Assembly (NCBI GenBank): GCA_963828195.1
Contig: CAWHDT010000003.1
Location: forward strand, 1 to 64,000
Length of the DNA: 64,000 bases
Source of the DNA: Candidatus Bathyarchaeota archaeon
Lineage (GTDB): Archaea > Thermoproteota > Bathyarchaeia > Bathyarchaeales > Bathycorpusculaceae
Direction of reading: 5' to 3'
Each line of letters opens with the position of its first letter. The stretch's first letter is position 1. The notes below the pieces were generated by a model. The model did no database searches. It was not told where the DNA came from and saw nothing but the letters and a program-made list of their open reading frames with translations. Position numbers and translations under genes: made by a program. Shown here in pieces: positions 18,703 to 29,137 of this stretch.

Positions 18703-21552
18703 TTATGGTCGTTTTCTAAGCATCAACAAAGCTAAAACAACGAAGCCCACAATGATTACAACTAATATGCCGGCGATTGCAGGAACAAAGTATAGGTCAG
18801 CGGCTGATGTCGGTGTTGCTGTAGGTGCGGCAGTAGCTGAAGCAGCGTTTGTTACAGTCACTGCGGTTTGCGCGTTTGATCCCCAGTAAGAGTTCGTTCC
18901 TGAGAATGTGGCGGTTATTGTGTACATGCCTGGTATGTTTGGAGTTTGCCAGGAGTAGCTGTATAAGCCGTTTGAATCAGTTGTGGCGGTGCCCAGATTG
19001 ATGTAGTTGCCGTTGGGGTCAATTGCAGTCAACGTTACTGTAACGCCGGTGAAGTTGGTGGGTTCGGGTTTCTGCATGTATACGTATTCCATCCATTGTG
19101 TTTGGCTTGCGTCAGAAGCGCATGGAACACCGTTCGGGAAGTCAGCGGTCTGCTCGCCTTGCTGTGTGCCCGCGGAAATATCCATAACTGTGCCCTGTAG
19201 GGTTACTTTGTCCCCAGTTGTGATAGCAGTGAGCGGTGCCTGTACTGTAGTGGCGCTTGGTCCTTGGCCGACAGCGTAAATCTGGTTGTCATACATGTTT
19301 TGGAACACTAGTTCGCCGTCTGCAATGATGGCTGCTGGATTTCCTGCGCCTCCATCATTAGTACCCATGCCCAGAAGAGTCCAAATTTGCTGGCCAGTTG
19401 TTGCGTTAAGGCAGAAGAAAAATTCGTTTACGTAGTATGGTGATTGTGCGCCGTTGCCGTGTTGTGTGGTGTAGCCGTAGACCATCCCGTCGCAGACTGC
19501 GGTAATCATGGTGGGTAATAGACCCCAAGGCGAGTTGATTCCGTCGTTGGTGCTGTTGCCTTCCCCGCCGTTACCATATTGCCAAATTAGATTTCCGTTA
19601 GCTGTGTCGTATGCCCAGATTTCTCCGCCAAAGCCCTGAACGTAAATGTTGCCGTAAGCCGCAGTGCAGTATTGGTTGACGCCTCTTCCGCTACCGAAAT
19701 ATTGAAAGCCGTCTGGAAATGGCGTAGTTGTTGGACCCCATAGCAGGGTTCCAGTAGCTAAGCTGTAGCCGTACCACTCCATTGTTTCTCCGACGTTTAA
19801 GGTGATGACGCCGTTTGTTGGGTCTACTGGTCCGAACTTTATTGTGTAGCTTCCTAAATTGGAGTTGCCGTTCATTATGTTTGGAGCTGTGTAGTTTTGT
19901 ACCCACAAAATATTTCCTACTGTGCCAATGGTTGAGTTCAGATTAATTGTCCACATCGTGAATGGATTTTGAGTAAATTGGCTCGCACTTAAAGCACCGC
20001 TTGCACCGAATATTAGGTCACCTGGGAAAACCGCAAACATTGAGGGTCCAGTTAAAGAAACTCCATTCGCCGCAGTTCCATTGACAGCAAGTCCGTTTAA
20101 GTCGCCGTTTATTGTCACGTTCCAAGTGTATGAGGTTGATAGGGCGCCGTTAAATATTTGTCCCAGAGGTCGATAGGGGCTTGATGGTGAAGCTGGGTTA
20201 TAGATTATTTGGGTTGTGTTCCAAAGACCTAGCCATCCTGTTTGAGTAGCAGTGTTGTAGTCGAGGACATAAATTAGCAGTTCACCACTATTACCCATTG
20301 CAGCTAATGTAGTCTGTTCGCTTAGCATTGAGCCGCTTAAAACGCTGTTGCTGCTCGGTTGGTAAACGGTTACAGCTTGTGGAACGTTTGTTATATTCAT
20401 TACCCAGTCGCCTGTGAAGCCGTCGTAAGCTATCCATGTTACGTTGGCGGGTGTAACCGTGCTGCCTGCGGCGTTTGTGACTGCTGCAGCTACAGTAAAG
20501 CTCTGCCACAAGTATCCGCTCGGGATGACGCCTGATTGGTTCGGGTCAACTTCATTGTATAATTGCCCCCATGTTGGGTTGAATATGGCGTTAGAATTTG
20601 ACCATACGACTTTTCCAGTGCGCAAATCTAAGCAGACATAAGCACCTGCATAAGTGACACCATTTACTACCAGAGGTGAGCCTTCATCGCTTAGAGGCAT
20701 TTTGAAGTAGAGATATCCATCCATAATTATTGCGTTGTAAAATCTGGGTTCATATGAACTTCCCGAGTAGAAGCTTGCTCCAGGCACTCCAGTGTTGCTT
20801 CCGCCGACAACTCCACCCATCTCAATGGGAACTGTCCACAATATGTGAGCCGAGTTGGGTGCTGTGCCAGAATTCTGGAAGTTATTGTAGCCGCTCTGTT
20901 GGTATGTGCCTAATTGAGCCGAGGATGGTCCGAGCCAGTTCGATGCGACAGTGTACCAGTAGATGTTTTCACCCTCTATCGGGCGAGTCCAGTAGGCTGA
21001 AGGAAGCGGATAAACGGTATTCTGTATGGGTTGTTGTTGTACGGTGAGTGACGTCGTTGCGGTTTCAGGCGTGTAGGTGTCTCCGGCAAAAGCGTTGATT
21101 GAAGCTTGAATTGCCGCTGTGAGGGTTATTGTCGATGTTACTTGTGCCAGGGTCGGATACGTCATTCCTCCAAAGCTGAATGCAAATGTGTAATTGCCTG
21201 TTTCTGAAGGTACGTATGTAACCGTTTGAACACCGCCAGGGTTAGCAACTACCGAAAAGAACTGGGAAGTGGTTGTTCTGTCAGGCAACGTTATAGTGAG
21301 TGTATAGTTCTCTTTTCTTATGTTATTTGTAAGAGCTGCATTAGGCAAGGGTTGGGCGGTCCAGAAAGTAATTATTTCAGTTTGACCGACGCCTATCGGA
21401 TTTGGCGAAAGGGCGATGTATGCATGATCTGTGATGGTCCAAGGTGGACTGTGCGCGCTGGCACCAGGTATTATTGACATTGAAGCTCCTATAGAAACTG
21501 TCAGAATCAAAGCAATCAAAATAGCCAAAGTTTTGCTTTTCAGGTTTTGCAT
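18703..21552 (-). CDS. Second PQQ-like beta-propeller surface protein, paralog of 13559..16240
   Basis: Same architecture; GTVMDISAG.QQ..A.FPNG.PC motif and YFVPAIAG..LRKRP tail. Likely start is the ATG at 21552. Confidence 0.85.
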   Translation of the reverse strand: MQNLKSKTLAILIALILTVSIGASMSIIPGASAHSPPWTITDHAYIALSPNPIGVGQTEIITFWTAQPLPNAALTNNIRKENYTLTITLPDRTTTSQFFSVVANPGGVQTVTYVPSETGNYTFAFSFGGMTYPTLAQVTSTITLTAAIQASINAFAGDTYTPETATTSLTVQQQPIQNTVYPLPSAYWTRPIEGENIYWYTVASNWLGPSSAQLGTYQQSGYNNFQNSGTAPNSAHILWTVPIEMGGVVGGSNTGVPGASFYSGSSYEPRFYNAIIMDGYLYFKMPLSDEGSPLVVNGVTYAGAYVCLDLRTGKVVWSNSNAIFNPTWGQLYNEVDPNQSGVIPSGYLWQSFTVAAAVTNAAGSTVTPANVTWIAYDGFTGDWVMNITNVPQAVTVYQPSSNSVLSGSMLSEQTTLAAMGNSGELLIYVLDYNTATQTGWLGLWNTTQIIYNPASPSSPYRPLGQIFNGALSTSYTWNVTINGDLNGLAVNGTAANGVSLTGPSMFAVFPGDLIFGASGALSASQFTQNPFTMWTINLNSTIGTVGNILWVQNYTAPNIMNGNSNLGSYTIKFGPVDPTNGVITLNVGETMEWYGYSLATGTLLWGPTTTPFPDGFQYFGSGRGVNQYCTAAYGNIYVQGFGGEIWAYDTANGNLIWQYGNGGEGNSTNDGINSPWGLLPTMITAVCDGMVYGYTTQHGNGAQSPYYVNEFFFCLNATTGQQIWTLLGMGTNDGGAGNPAAIIADGELVFQNMYDNQIYAVGQGPSATTVQAPLTAITTGDKVTLQGTVMDISAGTQQGEQTADFPNGVPCASDASQTQWMEYVYMQKPEPTNFTGVTVTLTAIDPNGNYINLGTATTDSNGLYSYSWQTPNIPGMYTITATFSGTNSYWGSNAQTAVTVTNAASATAAPTATPTSAADLYFVPAIAGILVVIIVGFVVLALLMLRKRP

Positions 21553-21660
21553 TTTTATTTTCCTTCTTATTATATTTTTTATTGAGTAAGAAGACTGAAT
21601 GCTCTTGCTCAACAGAGCCCTGTTTGTTATCAACTTGCTTAAAAGACTTTGCAGAAAAAG
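21553..21660 (-). promoter_or_regulatory. Conserved promoter and 5' leader of PQQ-like gene 2
   Basis: Reverse complement tttctgcaaagtcttttaagcaagttgataacaaa..gctctgttgagcaaga..tcttactcaata matches 13455-13558. Confidence 0.7.
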
Positions 21661-21984
21661 TGCCGCAGTAGATTGCATGGATACATATAAGTTTTGCGAA
21701 AGAATTTTCTGTTTTTTCCCAAATCTAATACGAAGTTATATTTTGCTAGATACTTATTCCGAGTAGTTTTAAAAATAATATTGTGGGGGGCGTTCTCCTC
21801 AAATTATCAGAAAACAGAGCTTATCCAGTTTAGAAGCGTTTCATCCGCAAACTAAAAAATTCGGCGTATTCCAAAACTATAGATCAAATTTGGAAAATGG
21901 CAGATAGGTTTTTATGTTCCGCTTAAATCTCTAAGGAGTCACCAACGTATATTAAACGGCAAAACAATGGATTGATGGACCAAG

Positions 21985-22293
21985 ATGGTAAGAAAAGCAC
22001 GAATTCGCCTCACAAGCACAGATTACGGCAAACTTGAAGAGGTATGCGGAGAGCTGAAAAGCATCGCTCAGAAGACAGGCGTAAAAATCAACGGTCCAGT
22101 ACCATTACCTACAAAACGGCTCAAAGTGCCCGTTCTGAAAGCGCCGTCGGGCGAAGGAACCGCCACGTGGGACAGGTGGGAAATGCGCATTCACAAACGA
22201 TTAATCAACATTGACTCGGAAGAGCGGGTTATGCGAAGAATCATGCGCATCCGTGTGCCTGAAGAAGTCCATGTCACAATCGAACTTATCTAA
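21985..22293 (+). CDS. rpsJ: 30S ribosomal protein uS10 (archaeal S10p)
   Basis: [18 protein letters not shown] and [13 protein letters not shown] motifs. Confidence 0.96.
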   Translation: MVRKARIRLTSTDYGKLEEVCGELKSIAQKTGVKINGPVPLPTKRLKVPVLKAPSGEGTATWDRWEMRIHKRLINIDSEERVMRRIMRIRVPEEVHVTIELI

Positions 22294-22441
22294 ACTTGAA
22301 GATTTAACTTCTTTTCCCATTTTCAACTTCTAAAGTTTTTAGTGTAACCAGCCTCGTTTTTGGATACTTCAGCCTTCGAGAAACCTGTGGATAAGCATTG
22401 GTTGCCTTTGATAGGATACCGAAAAGAAAAGATTTTTGTTT

Positions 22442-23254
22442 TTAGATGTACAGGAAAGTTACTAATGCTAGAATAGCGCTTGGGATGAAGACTAAAGCCC
22501 AAAGTTTCTTGTTGAAACTGAAGATTTTGTACCCGTCTAAAATTCCGAAGGGAATCAGGTTAAAGACTGCCATGAAAGCGTTGATGTAACCGGCGAAAAA
22601 CAATATGCCAGCAAACCCAGAGGCAGGCAAAGAGAACGCTGCTGCAACAAGAGCGCTTGAGAAGATTAGGTTGGTTATTGGACCTGCGATTGATATTTTA
22701 ACTATTTCGTCGCCGTTAGGAGTGCCGGCGATCATCATGGCACCTGGAGCAATCATTCTGAAAGGCAAAAATATAGAAACAAAAGTCAAGGCTACACCCC
22801 AAGTTGTTAAGCGGAATTCTGCCCACAAACCGTTTTTTTGAGCCATGATTTTATGAGCAAATTCATGCGTCAACATAGAGACTACTAGTATGGCGGCGAA
22901 AGTAGCCATCAAAACCCAAGTCCACGTAAAATTGAAACCGCCCAAATATCTTCCGTACAATCCGATGGAAAAACCAATGCCTATGATAAGTGCAGCTGCA
23001 ACAGCTAGGTGTTTTATTTCTTTTGGGCTCGTGGTTATGTCTCTCTGGCGTCTGGGCTGACCCATATTGTACGAATATTGATAGCTATTGTATGCCTGGG
23101 GCGTAATGACTTGTTCTTGTCTTTGTGAACGGGCAAAATCGATTCTGGGGCACTGGTGGTTTTCCGGCAAGCGGTGTGCACTACAGAATTGTCCGCCGCA
23201 GAAGGGGCAGTGGAACGGAAGGATAGTTTCTTGGTTGCATATTTGGCATTTCAT
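22442..23254 (-). CDS. AN1-type zinc finger fused to an M50 (site-2) membrane metalloprotease
   Basis: CQIC..CPFCGGQFCSAHRLPENHQC; HEFAH; AGP; FNLIPFGILDG. Confidence 0.85.
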   Translation of the reverse strand: MKCQICNQETILPFHCPFCGGQFCSAHRLPENHQCPRIDFARSQRQEQVITPQAYNSYQYSYNMGQPRRQRDITTSPKEIKHLAVAAALIIGIGFSIGLYGRYLGGFNFTWTWVLMATFAAILVVSMLTHEFAHKIMAQKNGLWAEFRLTTWGVALTFVSIFLPFRMIAPGAMMIAGTPNGDEIVKISIAGPITNLIFSSALVAAAFSLPASGFAGILFFAGYINAFMAVFNLIPFGILDGYKIFSFNKKLWALVFIPSAILALVTFLYI

Positions 23255-23410
23255 CTAATTAGGACGCCTTTTCACTCATACATGCACATGATGGTTTAAA
23301 TTTTTCCCCTCAAAACAGCAAAAATCACCTAAACTCTGCCCCTGCAACAATGCTTTAAAATAGGCAGACGCTAATCAAGGTGAAAGGGGAACAGGAGAGA
23401 GACAGTTAAG

Positions 23411-24616
23411 TTGAAGCCGTTTAGCTTTGTTCATGCCGCCGATTTGCATTTGGGCTATGCACAGTATGGGCTTGAAGCTAGACGACAAGACTTCGACAAC
23501 GCGTTCGCCGAAGTGGTTGACAGAACAATCGAGTTGAAACCCGATTTCATGATTATCGCCGGCGACTTGTTCCATCAGGCAAGACCATCAAACGTCACTT
23601 TAGAAAACACGATTCGAAGTTTTAAGCGGCTTAAAGACGCAGGCATCCCAGTTTTAACGGTTGACGGCTCACACGATTCCGCGCCCAACACGATAACAGG
23701 CACAATCCTATATCCGCTGGACAGCGCAGGGCTGATCCATCATCTGCCACGGCACAGCGGCGCCTGCTGGCGCAAACCCGACTGCTGCTACGTCTACGGC
23801 ATACCGAACTTCCACAACAAACACAAAACAGACGAGGCGCTGCCGAAGTTCATGGAGGAAAACCCGCCCTCACCTCGGAGCGGGCTTTTCAACATTTTCG
23901 TTTTTCACGGAGCCCTTGACCTGCCAAACGTCAAGCCGCCGTATATTGAGGCTGAACTTTCTCCGGACCTTTTGCCGGGCGGCTTCAATTATTATGCTGC
24001 GGGGCACGTGCATGAACGCTTCATGGATAAGTTCAAAGACGGTTTATTATCATATAGCGGCTGCACAGAAACGGCTGATTACCGTGAAGCGAAGAATCCG
24101 AAGGGGTTTCTGCATGTTAAAGTAAACGCGGCGGGCGAAGTAGATCCAGAACCCATCGAGCTCTCTTCAACCCGCAGATTTGTCATTTTAGACTTAGATC
24201 TTAACGCAATGACTTCCACAAAAATCACCGAGTTAGCCACCCAAACAGTAAGGGAAAATGATTGCGAAGGAGCAGTTATTATTCCGATTTTGAAGGGCAC
24301 CTTGCCAGTTGAAGCCAGCCGCTCAGAAGTTGACATAGGCAAAATACGGGGTGCAGGCGAGAAGGCGTTGCTTGTTCACCCAATTGTTTTGCTGAAGGAA
24401 ACAGCGGTTTCAGACGAAATTGCACGGTCCATTTTTGAAAGCGAATTTAAAGATTTGAGGACAAAAGCTTTCGAGTATTTTCAGCAGATTTTCTCGGAAC
24501 GCTATGGCAAAGAGGAAGCTGACAGAATTGCGCGTTCTGCGCTTGGCCTTATTGAGCCACTAAATCGAAAGCAAGATGAGAAGGTCAAGCAAGCCATTGA
24601 GGAGCTGGCTAAATGA
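23411..24616 (+). CDS. mre11: DNA double-strand-break repair nuclease Mre11
   Basis: ADLHLG, AGDLF, GSHD and YYAAGHVH motifs; adjacent to rad50. Confidence 0.9.
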   Translation: MKPFSFVHAADLHLGYAQYGLEARRQDFDNAFAEVVDRTIELKPDFMIIAGDLFHQARPSNVTLENTIRSFKRLKDAGIPVLTVDGSHDSAPNTITGTILYPLDSAGLIHHLPRHSGACWRKPDCCYVYGIPNFHNKHKTDEALPKFMEENPPSPRSGLFNIFVFHGALDLPNVKPPYIEAELSPDLLPGGFNYYAAGHVHERFMDKFKDGLLSYSGCTETADYREAKNPKGFLHVKVNAAGEVDPEPIELSSTRRFVILDLDLNAMTSTKITELATQTVRENDCEGAVIIPILKGTLPVEASRSEVDIGKIRGAGEKALLVHPIVLLKETAVSDEIARSIFESEFKDLRTKAFEYFQQIFSERYGKEEADRIARSALGLIEPLNRKQDEKVKQAIEELAK

Positions 24617-26700
24617 AAATTGAAATCGTGCAGTTGGAGAACATTCGCAGTCACGTTAAATCTACCGTGCCGTTCACCCATGGCTTTAACTGTCTGGTGG
24701 GCGGTTTAGGCTGCGGAAAATCCAGCGTGTTGTACGCCGTTGACTTCGCCCTGTTCGGCGACTCCTTAGGCAGAAGTTTTGAATATTTGCTGCGTGAAGA
24801 CGCGGATTATGGGCGGGTCACTGTTCAGTTTACTCAAAATGGAAGAACCTACAAGCTTACAAGGGGATTAAAAAGGAAAGGCAAAAGCATCAACCAGAAC
24901 TTTGAAGAACTAAAACTCTACGAGGACGAGAAGCTTGTTGCCAGCATGAAAACCGACGCCATCGCTGAACAATTCAAAGCAATCACTGGTTTAGATAGGG
25001 ATCTTTACCGCGAAATAGTTTGGTTTAGGCAAGAACACCTCAAAGAACTGCTTGACGCCAAACCCCGCGACAGGCAAACACGGCTTGACGAGTTGTTCGG
25101 CTTATCGGATTATGAAGCAGCATGGACAAACATCGCCCAGTACAAGCGTGACTACGAAAACGAACTTGTCTTTTACGAGAAAGACCCAGACACGCACGCG
25201 ATTGAGAAACTCAGCAACGAATACAACCGAACCACGGAAGAATACACGCTTCTTGAAATGGAACTGGACGATTCAGCACAGAAACTGGTTGTTGCCAAGA
25301 AAGCGTTAGATGAAGCCGACCTCAAGCTTAAGACGCTAGAGGAGAAGCGGCAAGCTATTGAGGAGCTTAAACGAAAAGAGGCTAGGCTGCACTCCGACGC
25401 CGTCAACATGGGTAAAACTTTGGCTTCGTTAAACCAGCGCATTGAAGACAAAAAAACAATTTTTGAAAATCTTCGTTCTCGCCAAGTTTCATATGATTCC
25501 CAAATAAAGGTCTGTTTAGAGAAGCTAAAGCAAGCTGGACTGCCAACCGATCACCCGCCTGAAATGCTGCATTCATGTTTAAACGGTTTTGACGAGGAAA
25601 TCAGCAATTTGAAAGCTGACCAAGAAGCCACATCCAGAAACCTCAGTGAAGACAAAAAAAGAGCTGCATCGTTAGCACGGGAAAGCAAGTGCCCACTGTG
25701 CATACAGCCCCTCGACGGCGAATACAAAAGCGGCCTGTTATCGAGGATTGAGCGGGAAAATGTTGAGCGCGAAAAAGCAATCTGTCAACTTAGGCTGCAA
25801 ATTGATGCTCTGCAGAAAACCAAAGTTGCCGCTTCTGAAGCTTTCTCGAGCCTGCAGAACTGCTTGACAAGAGCTGAGGACCTTAAGGGCCGGCTGGCTG
25901 AGGAAGAAAACAACCTTAAGAGCCTGTCAAGCGAGTTGGAGGAAAAGCAAAGGCTTGAGGCAGACTTGAACGTGCAGGTTGGGCAGGTGCAGTTTGAAAT
26001 CGGCCGGTTCAATCTTTCAGAACTCGACGGTGCCCGCTTGTACCGCGACAAATCCTATCAGCAATATTGCGATTTAACTTCAGAGCTGCGGTTTAAACAG
26101 AACCGCAAAGCAGACCTTCTTAAACGCTTAGACGAAACCAAAGAGAGGATAGATCTTGCGCAGCAAAAACTTGAGCGCATGGAGAAGATCCGCAGAACAG
26201 TTGAGGTTTTAGGTGCGATCCGTGAGGCTTACAGGAGTATTCAGCCGAAGCTTCGAAGTGAGTTTGTGAAGGTGCTGCGCAACTATATTCAGCAGGTGCT
26301 TGACGGGTTAGTCGGTGGGGAAGGGCCGCTGCTTAACGTGGTTATCGATGAAACCTACACGCCCTACGTGAAAAGCGAGATGGGGGTTGAACGGGAAGTT
26401 TCGAATCTTTCAGGTGGGGAACGCACGCTTTTGGCTTTTGCTTACCGCTTAGGCTTGGGGCAACTGATTATGCAGTCGCGGACTGGCCACGGCTTAAGCA
26501 TGCTTATGCTTGATGAACCCACTGAGAACTTGGGAAGCGAAGACGGCAGCATAGAGCGGTTAGCTGAAGCCATCAGCCGATTTAAAGCAATAGAGCAGAT
26601 CATCGCGGTCACACACAGTGAAGCGTTTGCTGGAAAAGCTGATCACGTGGTTATTTTGGGGAAAGAGGCTGGAGTTAGCAAAATCTCAATCGAAAAATAA
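24613..26700 (+). CDS. rad50: Rad50 SMC-like ATPase
   Basis: Walker A GCGKSS, coiled coil with CPLC zinc hook, LSGGE signature, LDEPT. Confidence 0.9.
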   Translation: MKIEIVQLENIRSHVKSTVPFTHGFNCLVGGLGCGKSSVLYAVDFALFGDSLGRSFEYLLREDADYGRVTVQFTQNGRTYKLTRGLKRKGKSINQNFEELKLYEDEKLVASMKTDAIAEQFKAITGLDRDLYREIVWFRQEHLKELLDAKPRDRQTRLDELFGLSDYEAAWTNIAQYKRDYENELVFYEKDPDTHAIEKLSNEYNRTTEEYTLLEMELDDSAQKLVVAKKALDEADLKLKTLEEKRQAIEELKRKEARLHSDAVNMGKTLASLNQRIEDKKTIFENLRSRQVSYDSQIKVCLEKLKQAGLPTDHPPEMLHSCLNGFDEEISNLKADQEATSRNLSEDKKRAASLARESKCPLCIQPLDGEYKSGLLSRIERENVEREKAICQLRLQIDALQKTKVAASEAFSSLQNCLTRAEDLKGRLAEEENNLKSLSSELEEKQRLEADLNVQVGQVQFEIGRFNLSELDGARLYRDKSYQQYCDLTSELRFKQNRKADLLKRLDETKERIDLAQQKLERMEKIRRTVEVLGAIREAYRSIQPKLRSEFVKVLRNYIQQVLDGLVGGEGPLLNVVIDETYTPYVKSEMGVEREVSNLSGGERTLLAFAYRLGLGQLIMQSRTGHGLSMLMLDEPTENLGSEDGSIERLAEAISRFKAIEQIIAVTHSEAFAGKADHVVILGKEAGVSKISIEK

Positions 26701-26764
26701 AATGGTTTAATAGTCAAATAGGCAAAACAGCTTTTTTTCGACCAGTCAGTCTACAGGCGCAATT

Positions 26765-27460
26765 TTGATATTAAGGCAAATGCAAAGTTTACTTGGTGTC
26801 CATCTGTCAGAAAATGAGAAGCTTGAACCGCCAAGACCTAAACCAAGGATTGAAGGGCTCTCAGACCTGATATTTGGGCTCGCTTTATCCATCGGAGCAA
26901 TCACGCTTGTAACCAACCCGCCGAAGACGAGCCTCGCAATATATCAGGACGTCGCAACCTTCGCCTTCAGCTTCTACATTCTCATTTCAACATGGATGCA
27001 CTACACTCGAATCATGTCTGTACTGCCCATAGAGAGACGCAGAACCATTTTAGCAAACATTATTCTTCTGTTTTGCGTAGCTATTGAGCCGTTCTTATAC
27101 AACTTGCTTCAAAGTTTCATAACCGGCGTTGAAACCTTCTCTTTTCTTAACACGGCATCCACCTTCTTCGCCTTCGACATCGGCGGAATGACGCTAATGC
27201 TTGGGCTCTTCTGTAACGAGATAGCCACGGAAGACCGAAAACTCGTTCCCCAAGATTTATGCGGATCATTTAAAACAGAAAGTAACCGCTGGTTCCTGTC
27301 TTCCGCCATTTTTTTCATCTCTACAATTCCAGTGTTTTGGTCGATCCAGTTTTTGGGTACACAAGTTAGAATTTGGCTCTGGATAGCTGCGTTAATTTTG
27401 GTTTTTGCACAGCGACGTTTAAGCGAGATACAAACGAAAAGAAATCACCTGAAAAGCTAA
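26765..27460 (+). CDS. TMEM175 (DUF1211) family K+ channel-like protein
   Basis: RIEGLSDLIFGLALS motif, W..Y motif, about six TM helices. Confidence 0.75.
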   Translation: MILRQMQSLLGVHLSENEKLEPPRPKPRIEGLSDLIFGLALSIGAITLVTNPPKTSLAIYQDVATFAFSFYILISTWMHYTRIMSVLPIERRRTILANIILLFCVAIEPFLYNLLQSFITGVETFSFLNTASTFFAFDIGGMTLMLGLFCNEIATEDRKLVPQDLCGSFKTESNRWFLSSAIFFISTIPVFWSIQFLGTQVRIWLWIAALILVFAQRRLSEIQTKRNHLKS

Positions 27461-27631
27461 CTAGGGAACTGCGTTGCTTGGGAGACACGATTTGGATGTT
27501 GCTTCTGCCCTTTGTTCTTAATTCATGGATTTTCTGGAAAATGACATTCGGGTGACTCAAGCCAGTTCGCCGTCACCTTTATCGGTCATCACTATTTTAA
27601 CACGAAATATTTTCGTTGCAGAGCCTGCTGG

Positions 27632-28597
27632 TTAGGCGATTGTGAGTTGTATCGGTGTTGTCTGTATTCCATACGTCGGGCCAGTTTCGCCTACTATATT
27701 GTATGTGCCTGGCGAGATGGGGTCTCCGTTGACTTGGAGGTTGAAATTGCATGTCTGCTGCCACGTAAAGTTTTCTGACATACTCGCTCCAGCCTGAAGC
27801 GGCTCAAGGGTGACGAATTGGGCTATACCCATGAAATTTGACCACTGATACACCAGATTGTTTGTGTCGTTGTAAACTTGGAAATCAAAATCTAATCCCG
27901 TGTGCACGTAGCTTATGGTCTGGTCGCTGATGTTTGTAACTGTTAACGTCAGGTTAACTGGTTCGCCCAAGATGAATGAGGTTTTTTCGAGGGTCATGGT
28001 GAGTTCGAGAGTTCCGTTTCCGCCATACGCAACTGGCTGAGAGCTTTGGGTTATTGTTACGGGCGCGGTATAGTTGATGGAGGTTCCGTTTTGCAGAGTG
28101 CCCGTGATTTCCAGCGGGTAGGTTTGGTTCGAGTTAAATCCAGCGTTTAACAGAGTTTGTGTCTGGGATGCGTATTGATTTGGTAAAAGCGGGTTGCTTG
28201 AAGAAATGCCGCTGAAATCGTAGGTGTAGTTGCGCCCAGATAGCGATAACACCGCTTGAAGGCTAGTGACTGGGGTCGTTGCATTGTTTTTCAAGGTGAC
28301 TTCAACTGTTGGTCCGCCGGGGTTGTAGGGCTGAAGAATATTGACTGAAACAACTGTTAAAGAACCTGCATTTACAGGTGAGGGTGTTGCCGCCGGAGTA
28401 GGAGTTGGCAATACGCTAGAGGTTGGCGATGGGCTAAAAGTTGGCGTGGCTTGTGCGCTGGGGGTCAAATGGCTATTGCTTTTGGGCAAGCCGTTCTGTA
28501 CAAAATAATATGCGCTGACTGCTCCTACTAAAAGGATGATTATTAATAGGACAACTTGAGCCCTCGTCACGGCTTTTTCAACAACTCTTCTTCCCAA
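27632..28597 (-). CDS. Membrane-anchored Pro/Thr-rich extracellular protein with a C-terminal BsuPI-like Ig domain
   Basis: N-terminal TM helix, PT linker, GEPVNLTLTVTN..FDFQVY..VYQWS..PGTY. Confidence 0.6.
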   Translation of the reverse strand: MGRRVVEKAVTRAQVVLLIIILLVGAVSAYYFVQNGLPKSNSHLTPSAQATPTFSPSPTSSVLPTPTPAATPSPVNAGSLTVVSVNILQPYNPGGPTVEVTLKNNATTPVTSLQAVLSLSGRNYTYDFSGISSSNPLLPNQYASQTQTLLNAGFNSNQTYPLEITGTLQNGTSINYTAPVTITQSSQPVAYGGNGTLELTMTLEKTSFILGEPVNLTLTVTNISDQTISYVHTGLDFDFQVYNDTNNLVYQWSNFMGIAQFVTLEPLQAGASMSENFTWQQTCNFNLQVNGDPISPGTYNIVGETGPTYGIQTTPIQLTIA

Positions 28598-28681
28598 GGA
28601 AAATATGGAGAACGCCGAGGCATTAAAATTAAGCGGTCAACACAGGGCTATGATGAAGTTGCATATGAATCGCAGCTGCAA

Positions 28682-29032
28682 TTAACATGTGACGTGGATT
28701 AACGCGACCATCTTTCTAGTTTCCTGATTTATTTTTTCGGCCACCTCAGGTGTTGGCAGAATGACGGTTTCATATTTTTTGAGGATGCCCTCAGCTTCGG
28801 GTGTGATGGGAAGAGCTGCTTGATGACCCACCCCGATGTACACGACTTCAGGCTTTTCTTTCGAAAGAAAATCAAGTTCATGTTCAGAAAGGGGTGTGTG
28901 CCCGTAGAGTGGCTTGAGATCTTTGGATTTCTTCTTCTTCCTTTTTGTTACTTTTCCATCGGCATGAAGAATTATGTCGTTTTCATACATGACTCCGTTG
29001 ACTTTTATCCAACCAAACTCGGATTTCAACAT
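28682..29032 (-). CDS. Mth938-like (DUF498/DUF598) protein
   Basis: FGWIKVNG.MYENDI, PEVVYIGVG and ALIHVTC motifs. Confidence 0.8.
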   Translation of the reverse strand: MLKSEFGWIKVNGVMYENDIILHADGKVTKRKKKKSKDLKPLYGHTPLSEHELDFLSKEKPEVVYIGVGHQAALPITPEAEGILKKYETVILPTPEVAEKINQETRKMVALIHVTC

Positions 29033-29137
29033 TCCTATCCCATTGTCTTGGGATACCCCTTGTATTTTTGCCTATCACCAAAAAACATCAATTGGCTAAT
29101 TTCCAAAATTTGCCCGCCGGGATTTTGAAAGAACGGG

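Noticed and set aside
13559-21552. Diversity-generating retroelement acting on the PQQ-like genes
   Set aside because: No reverse transcriptase and no near-identical repeat pair with adenine-specific differences were seen.
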